A stretch of 64,000 bases of DNA from Desulfomonilaceae bacterium. GTDB taxonomy: Bacteria > Desulfobacterota > Desulfomonilia > Desulfomonilales > Desulfomonilaceae. Location of the stretch: the NCBI GenBank assembly GCA_041662605.1, contig JBAZSD010000012.1, forward strand, positions 38,788 through 102,787, written 5' to 3'. The notes beneath the pieces are model-generated. The model worked only from the letters and a program-made list of their open reading frames with translations. It ran no database searches and was not told where the DNA came from. A program made the translations under genes and the position numbers. Shown here piece after piece: positions 20,284 to 30,383 of the stretch. Position 1 is the stretch's first letter. Every line of letters begins with the position of its first letter.

Positions 20284-20580
20284 ATGAAAAGAGGTTTTTG
20301 TCACCATTGCGGAGAGCCGCTAGAGTTTGCCGAGAAGGTATTTCGCAACGACACATGTGTTGTTTGTGGTTCGGATATCTTTTGTTGTTTAAATTGTTCG
20401 GAATATGATCAAACAGCCTCTAACCAGTGCAAGGAACCTCAGTCGGAAAAAGTTTCGGTAAAGGACCGGCGGAATTTTTGTGAGTATTTCAATCTATCAG
20501 AAAGAAAAAGTTCAGCAAACGCGAGGGAAAAAGCTGCGGACGCTAGACGCAAACTGGAAGCTCTATTCAAAAAAGATTGA
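20284..20580 (+). CDS. Small Cys-rich (zinc-ribbon-like) protein, unknown function
   Basis: CHHCGE..CVVCGS..CCLNCSEYD..CKE..FCEYF, followed by a basic C-terminal tail. 98 aa. Confidence 0.5.
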   Translation: MKRGFCHHCGEPLEFAEKVFRNDTCVVCGSDIFCCLNCSEYDQTASNQCKEPQSEKVSVKDRRNFCEYFNLSERKSSANAREKAADARRKLEALFKKD

Positions 20581-21004
20581 GGTCATCTTCATCCTCGATG
20601 TCTTTAGATGCCGCAATCTCCTTAATTATATCAGGCGCGAAAATTTCACGGGGGGCGTCCGACCAGAGTCCTTCCAAATCGTAGAATTCTCTCGAGGCAA
20701 TCTGGAAAACATGAACTATAACTTCACCATAATCCAGCAACACCCAATTTCCTTGAGATAAACCTTCGGTTGAATATGCGCGTGTGCCTGTGGCTGACGC
20801 GGCTTCAAGAATTCCCTCCGCTATTGATTTTACGTGTCTAGCGGATCTTCCGGAGACAATAAGAAAATAATCCGTAATCGGGGTTAGTCGGCTCAGTCTC
20901 ATCAGCACTGGATTTATCGCTTTTTTTGAAAGAGCGGTTCTTAGAAGGTTTTCCGCTTTTACTTTGGAATCGTGGATTGTGAGTCGCTTGGCTGATTTAT
21001 TCAT
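20567..21004 (-). CDS. rsfS: Ribosomal silencing factor RsfS (Iojap family)
   Basis: DYFLIVSGRSARHVKSIAE...WVLLDYGEVIVHVFQ..REFYDLEGLW. It lies directly downstream of nadD, as in many bacteria. Confidence 0.85.
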   Translation of the reverse strand: MNKSAKRLTIHDSKVKAENLLRTALSKKAINPVLMRLSRLTPITDYFLIVSGRSARHVKSIAEGILEAASATGTRAYSTEGLSQGNWVLLDYGEVIVHVFQIASREFYDLEGLWSDAPREIFAPDIIKEIAASKDIEDEDDLNLF

Positions 21005-21024
21005 ATGTCCATTTCTCTTATCTT

Positions 21025-21657
21025 TTAGGAGTATAAGTTATGTAATTTAATATATTCTAAAACTGCTTCAGGAGTGAGGTATTTTGCGCTCGACGAACGC
21101 TTGAGCAATTTTCTTAATTCCGTAGAAGAAACATTTAAGCCTCTGATATCAGAACGCAATATTGATGTTCCACTTGTGTGAACAAACTTATCATCATGAC
21201 AAGAAAACTCTCGCTTCAATGCTTCGGGGAGATTTTCCCAGGCTTTGCGAAAGGTCATTCCTGGTCGATTGACTATGATAAAGTTGGCCAGAGTAAAGAG
21301 TCTTTCGTAATCTTTCCATGTTCGTATCTCACTCAGGGAGTCGGATCCCATTATGAAATAGACAAGATGATCCGTTTGGGATTTAAAATAATTTAACGTG
21401 TTAACAGTGTAAGATGGGATGGGAAACCTCAATTCCATGTCTGACACTTCGAAGATCGGGTTGTCGGAGCAAGCAAGACTTGTCATGTTAAATCTATGTT
21501 GCGCCGGATATATTTCTGTCCGATTCTTGTGAGGCGGTTGGTGACAGGGTACAAAAATGACCTTCTCGAGATTGAACCTTTCTGAAGCTTCTTGAGCGAG
21601 CCTCAGGTGTCCAATATGTGGGGGGTTGAATGTTCCGCCAAGTATTCCAGTTTTCAA
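21025..21657 (-). CDS. nadD: Nicotinate-nucleotide adenylyltransferase
   Basis: GILGGTFNPPHIGHL (HxGH motif). 210 aa. Confidence 0.85.
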   Translation of the reverse strand: MKTGILGGTFNPPHIGHLRLAQEASERFNLEKVIFVPCHQPPHKNRTEIYPAQHRFNMTSLACSDNPIFEVSDMELRFPIPSYTVNTLNYFKSQTDHLVYFIMGSDSLSEIRTWKDYERLFTLANFIIVNRPGMTFRKAWENLPEALKREFSCHDDKFVHTSGTSILRSDIRGLNVSSTELRKLLKRSSSAKYLTPEAVLEYIKLHNLYS

Positions 21658-21788
21658 TACGATCTCTTATAATGAAGAAATGACTTGTTTTATAGGAACG
21701 AGATTTTATATTTAAACATGTTAATTGAAAAGAGGAATCCTGCCGGATCCTTAAAGATTCGAGGGTTCTTCCCCGGGAGGACCAAAGT

Positions 21789-22862
21789 TTGGAATATATT
21801 CTTGGTTTTATCGTCCTATTAGGCGTCTTAATTTTTGTTCATGAATTTGGGCACTTCATTGTGGCAAAAGCCCTAGGGGTCAAGGTCCTTAAATTTTCAC
21901 TCGGATTTTCACCTGTAATGATTAAAAGAAAATGGGGTGAGACCGAGTATATGCTCAGTTGGATACCTCTGGGCGGATATGTGAAACTCTTCGGTGAAGA
22001 ACCCGATTCTGAGGAGGAGATCCCTCCTGAAGAACAACACAGGACATTTACAGGTAAACCCGTTTGGGCAAGAATGGCGATTGTGGCCGCGGGGCCGGTC
22101 TTCAATTTTATCTTTGCTGTGATTCTCCTGTGTTCCGGTTTTGTAGCGGGTTTTCCTGTGCTAGCCCCGGAAGTCGGCAAGGCTCTTCCTGGCAGTCCTG
22201 CTATTGAAGCAGGTTTTCAACCCGGGGATTTGATCAAAGCCATAGACGGCAGGGCCGTTTGGCGATGGGATGACGTAAGGAATACGATAGAAGACGCTGC
22301 CGGCAAGCGCCTCGTCTTTACGGTTGACCGAGATGGTAGCGTTAAGGAGATTTCCGTCACTCCCACATTAACTGATCAAAAAGATGTCTTTGGCGAACTT
22401 AAGGGAAGGATAGGCATTGCTCCATCCGGAAAAAAGATTGAACTGAGCTTTGTGGCCTCGATTGGTGAAGGTGTCCGCTTTTCAGGATATTTGACAAAAC
22501 TTGTGGTCATGACTGTCGTTAAGCTGGTTCGTGGGGAAATAGGCGTCAAGGCATTGAGTGGTCCTATAACAATTGCCCAGGCTTCCGGCGAAAGCCTGAA
22601 AGCCGGAGTTTTCAGCTTCATATTTCTCATGAGCTACATTAGCATTAACCTGGCGATTATCAATTTGCTTCCTATACCAGTCTTGGATGGCGGGCATCTT
22701 TTGTTTTTCCTCATCGAGGCGGTAATAAGAAAGCCGGTCACCGGGAAAATCAGGGAAGTCGCTGTTCAGTTAGGTCTTTTGATCATAGTGTTCCTGATTG
22801 GTTTAGTCTTTTTCAATGACATATACAGGATCGTCACAAAAGGTTGGGCACTGTCTCCTTAG
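21789..22862 (+). CDS. rseP: RIP metalloprotease RseP (site-2 protease, M50)
   Basis: HEFGHF zinc motif in TM1, a single PDZ region, and NLLPIPVLDGGH. TTG start. Confidence 0.85.
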   Translation: MEYILGFIVLLGVLIFVHEFGHFIVAKALGVKVLKFSLGFSPVMIKRKWGETEYMLSWIPLGGYVKLFGEEPDSEEEIPPEEQHRTFTGKPVWARMAIVAAGPVFNFIFAVILLCSGFVAGFPVLAPEVGKALPGSPAIEAGFQPGDLIKAIDGRAVWRWDDVRNTIEDAAGKRLVFTVDRDGSVKEISVTPTLTDQKDVFGELKGRIGIAPSGKKIELSFVASIGEGVRFSGYLTKLVVMTVVKLVRGEIGVKALSGPITIAQASGESLKAGVFSFIFLMSYISINLAIINLLPIPVLDGGHLLFFLIEAVIRKPVTGKIREVAVQLGLLIIVFLIGLVFFNDIYRIVTKGWALSP

Positions 22863-22899
22863 GTCTCGGACCAGCTAATCTTGGCTTCGTAAACCTTGG

Positions 22900-23625
22900 T
22901 TGGTCTTTGAAAATTTGTCTGTCGAGGGATTTCAATTGCTGATTCTTGCTGCGCACACCACTACCCCTGAACTCTGTATAGCTCTAACAAGAGAAGAAAA
23001 GCTGATCCAGGAACTGGTCCTGAAGCCTGGCAAGGAACATCTTGAAAACATCTCAGGGGCAATCCAGGAAGTTCTCACAATAGCGAATCTTGAACCCGGC
23101 AGCCTCAATGGGCTCGCCGTAGCGGTAGGACCCGGATCATTCTCTGGGATACGGGTGGGTCTGTCTGTATTCAAAGGTCTAGCTCTTGGGCTAGGCCTAA
23201 AAATTTGCGGTGTTTCGACTCTGGAGATCCTTGCCTGGCAGGCTTTGGAAATTGGAGATGTAGGAGTCCCTATAATTGAGGCTGGCAGGGGTGAGGTTTA
23301 CTCGGGTTTTGTTAAAAAAAGTTCCGAGGCCATAGAAATTATTCAATCCCCAAGACTGGTAAACAAAAGCGAATTGGCGGAATTTATAGCGCGATTCGAA
23401 CCACGTGAAGTGTTTATTTGTGGGGCTCAGGAACTGATAGAGGATATTTTCGAGAACCGGGATGTCTATCTAAAACCTGTGCTTAGGCCTTCTGCTTCGG
23501 CTTGTGGCATCCTTGCCGAAAAGCGTTTAAGGTGTGGTCTTTCAGATGACATTCATCGGCTCGTTCCTGTGTATGTGAGGAGATCCGACGCAGAGGTGAA
23601 GAAAGATACAGTCAGGTCCTCCTGA
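22900..23625 (+). CDS. tsaB: tRNA t6A37 biosynthesis protein TsaB (YeaZ)
   Basis: GPGSFSGIRVG motif. 241 aa. TTG start; the true start may lie a few codons downstream. Confidence 0.75.
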   Translation: MVFENLSVEGFQLLILAAHTTTPELCIALTREEKLIQELVLKPGKEHLENISGAIQEVLTIANLEPGSLNGLAVAVGPGSFSGIRVGLSVFKGLALGLGLKICGVSTLEILAWQALEIGDVGVPIIEAGRGEVYSGFVKKSSEAIEIIQSPRLVNKSELAEFIARFEPREVFICGAQELIEDIFENRDVYLKPVLRPSASACGILAEKRLRCGLSDDIHRLVPVYVRRSDAEVKKDTVRSS

Positions 23626-23635
23626 TTAAGTCCAA

Positions 23636-24418
23636 TCAGAATTTGTCAAATTCATAGATTGTTCTAGTCCAGAATTTGCTATCAATAAATTCCCGTGGTT
23701 CAATTTCGATTAATCTTTTGTTGATTCTGATGACGTGATATACGCTGTCCCAGTGTTCCAACAAAGGAGACCCGCAAGACGATACAATGATGGAGCTTTT
23801 ATTATCGGGAATTCGAAGTTCGACTACCGAAGACCTGTGTTTATGACCCTGCAATATCAATTTCACTTTAGATTGCGCGCATATAGTAAGAATTGCTCCG
23901 GCATCCGATAGTTGGTGAGCCCAAAAAGATGACGCGCGTAGGACAGGGAGCACGGGATGATGCAGGAAAAGAACCTTTAGATATGGTAAATACTTTTCCA
24001 CCTGTTCTTTGAACCAATATCTGCTCTTTCTGGAAATGGATCCTGGCCATGAAGGAAATTGGCTCACTGAATTTAGCCCAAAGAAAACGGCCTGGTGTTC
24101 TTTGGATTTGAAAAACACCTGGTCGCTTGAACCAAAAAAGGATCTGTAGCGTCTCATTGAAAATGAAGGAAACAGAAGTTCCCATGGAGCGAAAACGGGC
24201 GTCTCCCTATTTCCAGGGATAGTCAAGTATGGGGAGCATGTTGAATCGAGAAAATTTTTTGCCTGTCTGAACTGTTTTGTGTGACCCCTGTCCGTAACAT
24301 CTCCGGACACCACGATCAGGTCGGGCTGTTGGTCGAGCAGATCGGATGAGAGGGCCTTCAGTTTTTCGGGAGATATTGACGCTCCGAAATGCAAATCCGA
24401 GAGATGGGCTATTTTCAT
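23636..24418 (-). CDS. Calcineurin-like metallophosphoesterase
   Basis: MKIAHLSDLHFG, GDVTDRG, GNRE and QGHKHR motifs. The ORF track extends to 24454 (TTG). Confidence 0.75.
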   Translation of the reverse strand: MKIAHLSDLHFGASISPEKLKALSSDLLDQQPDLIVVSGDVTDRGHTKQFRQAKNFLDSTCSPYLTIPGNRETPVFAPWELLFPSFSMRRYRSFFGSSDQVFFKSKEHQAVFFGLNSVSQFPSWPGSISRKSRYWFKEQVEKYLPYLKVLFLHHPVLPVLRASSFWAHQLSDAGAILTICAQSKVKLILQGHKHRSSVVELRIPDNKSSIIVSSCGSPLLEHWDSVYHVIRINKRLIEIEPREFIDSKFWTRTIYEFDKF

Positions 24419-24638
24419 GGGACCTAGGATAAACTTGGATAAAGTTCGGGTCAATACCGTCTGATACCGAGAAACGTTTTCAAAGGAAACAGGATGAACA
24501 TAGATTCAAATTTGAGTTGATTAATATGGCAAAATTAGTTAAAATTACTAATGAAAATAAGATTGTAACTATTGAGCGCCGTCCATTGTTCTTTCGCAAG
24601 ATCAATGGTGATATGCTTGAGGCTAAAGGAGTGTGTTC

Positions 24639-25619
24639 ATGAAAATAATATTTCGAGCGGGTTTTACCGCGCTTCTCTGTCTTTTTCTGGCCGGGATCGC
24701 TGTAGGTCAGGATTATTATGGCGGTTATCAACCATATCAAGGCCAGGACTACAGCTCCTACGGGTCGTCAGGTTATGCTCAATCGTATCCAGGTTATGGG
24801 CAGAACTCTTCATCCGGTTATGGTTCACCGTATGGGTACGCGGAACAGTCAGGCGCCCAGGGAAACCGGGCCCCGTATGGCTATGATCAATACCCCGGCG
24901 TTCAGGGCTATGGTCGATACGACAATTCCCCTTTAGGAGCTGGATCATACGGCTTGCCTTCATCTTCTCCTCAATCCAATCATCCTACTTTGAGAACCAG
25001 GTTGACTCCACCGGTAGGGAGAGGTGGCGCGCCTGAAGTCAGAGAAACCACGAGGGTCGTTACACCGTCCCGGCAACGAGCGCAAACCAGCCAGAGACCC
25101 GCTGCGATTCCAGCATCCAGAGGTTCGGAAGAAGGAATGCTTTACAATAATGATATTTATTGGGATGGCAGGGAATCTCAGAGTCAGGAATCCGGGGCAG
25201 CGGCGACTCCGCCGCAGGGGTCACAATCCCTCAACAGAGGAGCGGCTTCCTCTGCCGCCAATGCCGCTGTTCGACAGGCTAAACCACCTGCAGTCGCAAA
25301 CGCTAATCAGATAAGAACGCAGCGAACTCGCCCCAATATTGTGAGACAGGAAACCAAGGCGGTGTCTACGCCCCCTGCGCCAAGCGCTTCAGGCTTCAAG
25401 TGGGGCAAACAAATCCCGGATGTCAGAGAACAAACATCGCAATCGAAACAGTCATTTAAGTGGGGCATAGAGGGTAGGCCCTCAATGGTAGGATCTGAAC
25501 CCGGCCGAAGCGCCACCATTCCGGGAACGGCCCAAGTGTCTGCTCAAAGTCCGGAGCAAGGCTCGTCAAACTCATTGGAAAATAGCTCAAAGAAATTTCA
25601 ATGGGGTAGAGTTAAATAA
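24639..25619 (+). CDS. Secreted low-complexity protein: Tyr/Gly/Gln/Ser-rich N-terminal region and three C-terminal F(K/Q)WG motifs
   Basis: ATG 24639 with AAGGAG upstream. Signal peptide (FTALLCLFLAGIAVG). About 100 aa are rich in GY/YG dipeptides. FKWG is at 25394-25405 and 25455-25466, and FQWG at 25596-25607. Confidence 0.55.
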   Translation: MKIIFRAGFTALLCLFLAGIAVGQDYYGGYQPYQGQDYSSYGSSGYAQSYPGYGQNSSSGYGSPYGYAEQSGAQGNRAPYGYDQYPGVQGYGRYDNSPLGAGSYGLPSSSPQSNHPTLRTRLTPPVGRGGAPEVRETTRVVTPSRQRAQTSQRPAAIPASRGSEEGMLYNNDIYWDGRESQSQESGAAATPPQGSQSLNRGAASSAANAAVRQAKPPAVANANQIRTQRTRPNIVRQETKAVSTPPAPSASGFKWGKQIPDVREQTSQSKQSFKWGIEGRPSMVGSEPGRSATIPGTAQVSAQSPEQGSSNSLENSSKKFQWGRVK

Positions 25620-25726
25620 AACGTTCGATCGATCCCTTCAAGACTGTCTTTCGCCGATATCCGGCTCCGAATGTCCCTGACCAGCCCCGGTCAGGGACTC
25701 TAAACATCCAAAGTGGCCTTCAACAA

Positions 25727-28324
25727 ATGACTTCGCCTCCTTTAGAGGAACCAACCATGGGCATTGGTTCATCAACAAAAACCGAAAATTCGAACGATCT
25801 TCAGATCGGCAATGTTGATGATTCGGCGTCGTTCTCTTCACAATCTCTTCCACACTTGGAAGACAAACATAAAGATCCCGATAAACAATTACGCATTTTT
25901 CGCATCCTATACGATCTCGCACTTTCAATACCCAAGGGAAGATCCATTGACGAGAACCTGGATCTCATAGCGCAAAAGGCCAGGGAAATACTTCAGACGG
26001 ACACATCATTTATAGCGTTGCTTGATGATCAATCTCATGAGTTGTACATGAGGGCCTTCTCAGGGATTCAGACGCATGATTTTAGAATGATGCGTTTCCC
26101 TATCGGTTCCGGAATGGGTGGAAAAGTCTCAGCGGAAAAGGTTGGGGTTATTGTCTATGATTATTTTAGGGAAATGGCCAGTAGTCCAGTGCTTGAAACA
26201 GTGAAGGCTGAAGGCGTAATTTCCGGGATTGCGGTTCCTTTGAGGAGTCGCGGGGTAGATCTTGGAGTCCTTTACGTTTTCAATAGAAGCTACACCATAT
26301 TTACTGAGGATGATCTAGCAACCGTTACTTTGGTGGGGAACCTAGCGGCGGTAGAAATTTCACGTTCAATTTACGCAGAAAGGCTTAGACAGGCTCAAAG
26401 CACGCTTGAAGCGAGGGTTTTGGACCGCACTGCCTCACTCATGGAAACAAAGAAAAGCCTGGAGAGAGAGATAGCTGATCGTGAAACTCTTCAACAAGCC
26501 CTGATAGAAAGTGAGAAACGATACAGAGGTCTGGTAGAGAGCGCCAATGACATCATTTTTTCATGTGACGCCAATGGATGTTTTACTTTGATCAATCGGG
26601 TAGCTCTACGTATCACAGGTTACTCGAGGGAAGAAATATTCGGACGTCGATACGTCGATTTTATACACCCCGCGTACAAGGATGAAATTGAGGAATTTTA
26701 TTTCAATCAGGTCAGAAAAAAGATTCCTGACACATACAAAGAATATCCGATAGTGTCCAAGAGAGGACAGATCATATGGTTGGGGCAAATTGTTCAGTTA
26801 ATAACGGAACAATCCAGGATAATAGGATTTCAGGCTATAGCCAGAGACATCACGAAAAGGAAGGCGGCTCTAAAAGCTCTTGAGGAATCGGAACAGGAAT
26901 TCAGATCAATATTTGAGTATTCACCGATAGGAATTTTTAGATTTGACAGAAACGGAGTGATTACAACCTGCAACGAAAAATTTATCGAGATCATAGGATC
27001 ATCGAGAGAGAAACTAGTTGGTCTGGATATGTTGAACCTGTTGAAGGATCAATCAATTCTGGGGTCAATTCGAAAGGCTTTGTCAGGTACAATTGGATAT
27101 TATGAGGGGGCATACGCTTCGGTAACGGCTAAGAAGATTACACCGGTTAAGTGCGTCATGAGTCCTGTCCTGATAGATGGGGTTTTTCAAGGGGGGATCG
27201 GAATTGTTGAAGACATAACCGAGAGAAGAAAAGCTGAAGATGAACTCAGAAAAAGCAAGGAAATGATGGAAGCTATACTCAACGCTTCCTCCGACATGGC
27301 ATTTTTGGCGGACACCGCAGGACTAATTCTTAGAACCAATAAGACTATGGCGGCGAGTTTCAACATACCGGTCGATGACCTGATAGGGAAAAATTGCTTT
27401 GACCTGATCGACCCGGAATCGGCTGAGCGGCGGAGAGAAAAGTTCGGGCAGGTAATCGCTGAAAAGAAAGCGATAAGATTTGAAGATACAAGAGCTGAAA
27501 ATTACTTCGACCAGAGTTTTTACCCCATATTCGACACAAGAAGCGAGGTCGTGCAAATAGCCGTTTTTTCACGTGACATAACGGAAAAGAAGAAGTCAGA
27601 GGAAGCCTTTCTCCAGTCGGAACGTTTCAAGGCAGTAGCTGGATTAGCCGCCGGCGTAGCTCATAACTTCAACAACTTGCTTCAGGTGGTCATGGCAGGA
27701 TCCGAACTGGCTCTCCAAGAGACTAGGAAGGGTAATCTTCAAAATATTGAAGTCGTGATGAGACGCATGATCAACGGGTGTAAATTTGGAGCTGAAACCG
27801 TTAAAAGGCTTCAGGAATTTGCCGGCATTTCCAGTCAAAGAGATCGACCTCTGGAAATTCTGGATGTTTCTGAGATAATCAAGCAAGCTGTTGAAATAAC
27901 GAAACCTTTTTGGAAAAATAACCCGGAAAGGGAAGGAATTTATATCAACATGGTCTTGAACTTAAAAGATGGATGTTTTTTGGTGGGCAAGAAACACGAA
28001 ATGTTTGAAGTTCTGGTAAATTTGATCAAGAATTCTGTAGAGGCCATGCCTGATGGAGGCGATTTGTGCATAGCCTGTGAGCCAGAGGATCGGGAAATCA
28101 TAGTTAAAATTAAGGATACAGGAATTGGCATAGGCTCAGAAAATATCGGAAAATTGTTTACCCCTTTTTTTACAACCAAGATGAAATCCGGAGCCGGATT
28201 GGGGTTGGCTACCACCCGTAAGATAATCAATGACCACGGAGGTCACATCTTTGCCGCAAGTGACGTTGAAAAAGGGGCATTGTTCACCATGGTCCTGCCT
28301 CTTAAACAGCCCCTGGGGTTATAG
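25727..28324 (+). CDS. Cytoplasmic sensor histidine kinase (GAF, multiple PAS/PAC, HisKA-like, HATPase_c)
   Basis: H-box AAGVAHNFNNLLQ, N-box NLIKNSVEAM, G1 DTGIGI and G2 GAGLGLA. It has several PAS-like repeats (e.g. ESEKRYRGLVESANDIIF) and no receiver domain. No response regulator is adjacent. Confidence 0.8.
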   Translation: MTSPPLEEPTMGIGSSTKTENSNDLQIGNVDDSASFSSQSLPHLEDKHKDPDKQLRIFRILYDLALSIPKGRSIDENLDLIAQKAREILQTDTSFIALLDDQSHELYMRAFSGIQTHDFRMMRFPIGSGMGGKVSAEKVGVIVYDYFREMASSPVLETVKAEGVISGIAVPLRSRGVDLGVLYVFNRSYTIFTEDDLATVTLVGNLAAVEISRSIYAERLRQAQSTLEARVLDRTASLMETKKSLEREIADRETLQQALIESEKRYRGLVESANDIIFSCDANGCFTLINRVALRITGYSREEIFGRRYVDFIHPAYKDEIEEFYFNQVRKKIPDTYKEYPIVSKRGQIIWLGQIVQLITEQSRIIGFQAIARDITKRKAALKALEESEQEFRSIFEYSPIGIFRFDRNGVITTCNEKFIEIIGSSREKLVGLDMLNLLKDQSILGSIRKALSGTIGYYEGAYASVTAKKITPVKCVMSPVLIDGVFQGGIGIVEDITERRKAEDELRKSKEMMEAILNASSDMAFLADTAGLILRTNKTMAASFNIPVDDLIGKNCFDLIDPESAERRREKFGQVIAEKKAIRFEDTRAENYFDQSFYPIFDTRSEVVQIAVFSRDITEKKKSEEAFLQSERFKAVAGLAAGVAHNFNNLLQVVMAGSELALQETRKGNLQNIEVVMRRMINGCKFGAETVKRLQEFAGISSQRDRPLEILDVSEIIKQAVEITKPFWKNNPEREGIYINMVLNLKDGCFLVGKKHEMFEVLVNLIKNSVEAMPDGGDLCIACEPEDREIIVKIKDTGIGIGSENIGKLFTPFFTTKMKSGAGLGLATTRKIINDHGGHIFAASDVEKGALFTMVLPLKQPLGL

Positions 28325-28412
28325 TCAACCTGAAAAAAATAGAGAACCTTGCTCTTTACCACCCTCGGAATGTCCATAGGGATGGGTGTTCCGCCAATGG
28401 GAAAAGCTAGTT

Positions 28413-28664
28413 TTAAGCCGGTTTTTCCTCTAGAGATTCCTGAATTTTACCAACATATGTCAGAATATCTTTTAGCAGAGGCATGACAACCATAGCCCAC
28501 TCTGGCTGCTCTTTCATATTGACGCTGCCGGTCTCCAGTACCTTGGCTACCACAAACAGCTTTGTCCTCGCGTCATAAACTTCCTGTCTTACTTTCTGGG
28601 GATTCCACGCTTCGTCGCTCAATATAACCTCCTGTTTTGGGGTCAATTCCCTTACTAGATACAT
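28413..28664 (-). CDS. Hypothetical protein (83 aa)
   Basis: ORF only; no recognisable motif. Confidence 0.3.
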   Translation of the reverse strand: MYLVRELTPKQEVILSDEAWNPQKVRQEVYDARTKLFVVAKVLETGSVNMKEQPEWAMVVMPLLKDILTYVGKIQESLEEKPA

Positions 28665-28764
28665 TTTAGGACATTACGCCAGAAACGGCGAAAAGCCAAC
28701 GCGCGGGAGAGAATAAAATTTAAGCGAGTCCCCGTTTGTGACTAAAAACCTGGACTTGTAAACA

Positions 28765-30186
28765 TCATGCCAAGGCGGACTTTGTTGACGGGCGATTTTC
28801 TGAAACATTGACTGCTTTGTCGACGGGACGCAGGCCAACGATATTGCCCTGACCTCCCGTGCCAAGGTCGGTAAACTTTCGTACTGACGGAAGAACCCGA
28901 GACTCAAGAGATATCACGGACTTGTTATACGCGGTCACAGCGCCTTCCAGGCCTTTGCCGATTTTTTCGATGTGGTCAACCCATATGCGAATGCGTTCAT
29001 AAACGTCTTTCCCAAGATCACTTATCTGGAGAGCGCTCTCGGCAATTTTCTCCTGCCGCCATCCGTATGCGACCGCCCTAAGCAATGCGATGATTGTGGT
29101 TGGCGACGCGAGGATAACGCGTTGGTTCAGGCCCACTTCGATTAAGCCGGGATCATTTTCAAGCGCTGCGCTGAAGTAGATTTCGCCAGGCAGGAACATG
29201 ACGACAAATTCCGGGGCGTTATCGAATTGTTCCCAGTAGGACTTGGAAGCCAATTTCCCAATGTGATCCCTGATTTGTCGTGCATGACTCTTCAAATGCC
29301 GCAATCGGTCCTTGCCAGATTCAGCCGCAACCGCCTTCAAATAACCGTCCATGGGGGCTTTAGCGTCTACGACCACGGTTTTCCGTCCCGGTAGCTTGAT
29401 GATCATATCCGGACGCAGGCGTCCGGATTCTGTAGAAATGGATGGTTGTTCCTCAAAATCGCAATGATTAAGCATACCGGACAATTCCACAACCCTGCGT
29501 AGTTGCATTTCTCCCCAATGTCCTCTAACTATCGGTGTTTTCAATGCATGGGCGAGGTTTGATGTCTCTGACCTCAACTGTTCCTGTGCTCTAGCCAGAG
29601 CCCCAACCTGTTCGCTGACGCTGGAGTATGCCTCGATTCTTTGTTTTTCAAGGTCTTGAAGTTGCGCATCCACTTTCTGGAGCGAATTTTTTAAGGGTGA
29701 TATCAACGACTGAATTTCAAACTTTTCGCTCTCAATGTCACTCTTGGCTTTAAGTCGGCTCTTCTCCAATTCACTTTTGGCAAGGTCCAGAAAACTCTGA
29801 TTGTTGTGACTCAATGCCTCGGACGAAACTGACTTGAACACGTCAATCATCTTCGATTGAGCAATCTCGAACATACTGAGTTTCTCATCCGAATATTTTT
29901 TTTCGGCCCTGATCTCCGTTGTGAGAGAGGTCACATGATTTTGAAGTCCAGAATTCTGCAACCTGAGTCTGGATATGACTTCACGACAATTTTCAGCCTC
30001 TTTCCTGAATTCCTGAACTTGCGTCTCGCGAATCTGAAGACGTTCTAACAGGGCGGCGTGTTCGCCGGCGGCGGAAGCGAGTGACCGTTGAATTTTCAAA
30101 GAAGCTCTGGTGTTTACTATGAAGTAAACGCAAAATGAGCCTAGCAAAAATCCAAAAACGAAAAACTCCGGCGCACCTAGGTTCAT
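28765..30186 (-). CDS. rmuC: DNA recombination protein RmuC
   Basis: N-terminal TM helix, a long coiled coil, then an RmuC-type C-terminal nuclease-like domain (VVMFLPGEIYFSAALE...ASPTTIIALLR). Confidence 0.8.
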   Translation of the reverse strand: MNLGAPEFFVFGFLLGSFCVYFIVNTRASLKIQRSLASAAGEHAALLERLQIRETQVQEFRKEAENCREVISRLRLQNSGLQNHVTSLTTEIRAEKKYSDEKLSMFEIAQSKMIDVFKSVSSEALSHNNQSFLDLAKSELEKSRLKAKSDIESEKFEIQSLISPLKNSLQKVDAQLQDLEKQRIEAYSSVSEQVGALARAQEQLRSETSNLAHALKTPIVRGHWGEMQLRRVVELSGMLNHCDFEEQPSISTESGRLRPDMIIKLPGRKTVVVDAKAPMDGYLKAVAAESGKDRLRHLKSHARQIRDHIGKLASKSYWEQFDNAPEFVVMFLPGEIYFSAALENDPGLIEVGLNQRVILASPTTIIALLRAVAYGWRQEKIAESALQISDLGKDVYERIRIWVDHIEKIGKGLEGAVTAYNKSVISLESRVLPSVRKFTDLGTGGQGNIVGLRPVDKAVNVSENRPSTKSALA

Positions 30187-30284
30187 TTAGACCTTATAGT
30201 AACTTAGAAATCAATATTAGCAGGTTGCGCAGTTATTATAATAAAATACTTAAATTAAGTCAAAAAGAATGCTTGCGATTGGGG

Positions 30285-30313
30285 CTCCCGCAGTACTTGG
30301 GAAACTGCGGGAG
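30285..30313. other. Perfect 10-bp GC-rich stem-loop between iorB and rmuC
   Basis: CTCCCGCAGT (30285-30294), 9-nt loop, ACTGCGGGAG (30304-30313). No U-run follows directly on either strand, so it may be a non-canonical terminator or an RNA-stability element. Confidence 0.4.
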
Positions 30314-30383
30314 TTCGGGGGAAGCGAGTCTCTACCTGAGACCACTTGGGGATGATCGGACTGATCTGAGGCCAATTCTAAAA

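Noticed and set aside
19772-20356. Extended N-termini given by the longest-ORF rule (e.g. 19772..20356, 4589..7012, 59540..60304, 58977..59414, 30965..32842)
   Set aside because: Internal starts with clear Shine-Dalgarno sequences give family-typical N-termini and remove overlaps with neighbouring genes, so the longer forms were not adopted.
28674-28907. 77-aa ORF overlapping the 3' end of rmuC, considered as a possible small partner or TA-like gene with 28413..28664
   Set aside because: It overlaps rmuC out of frame by more than 140 nt and has no SD or motif. It is most likely spurious. Only 28413..28664 is retained, as a low-confidence hypothetical.
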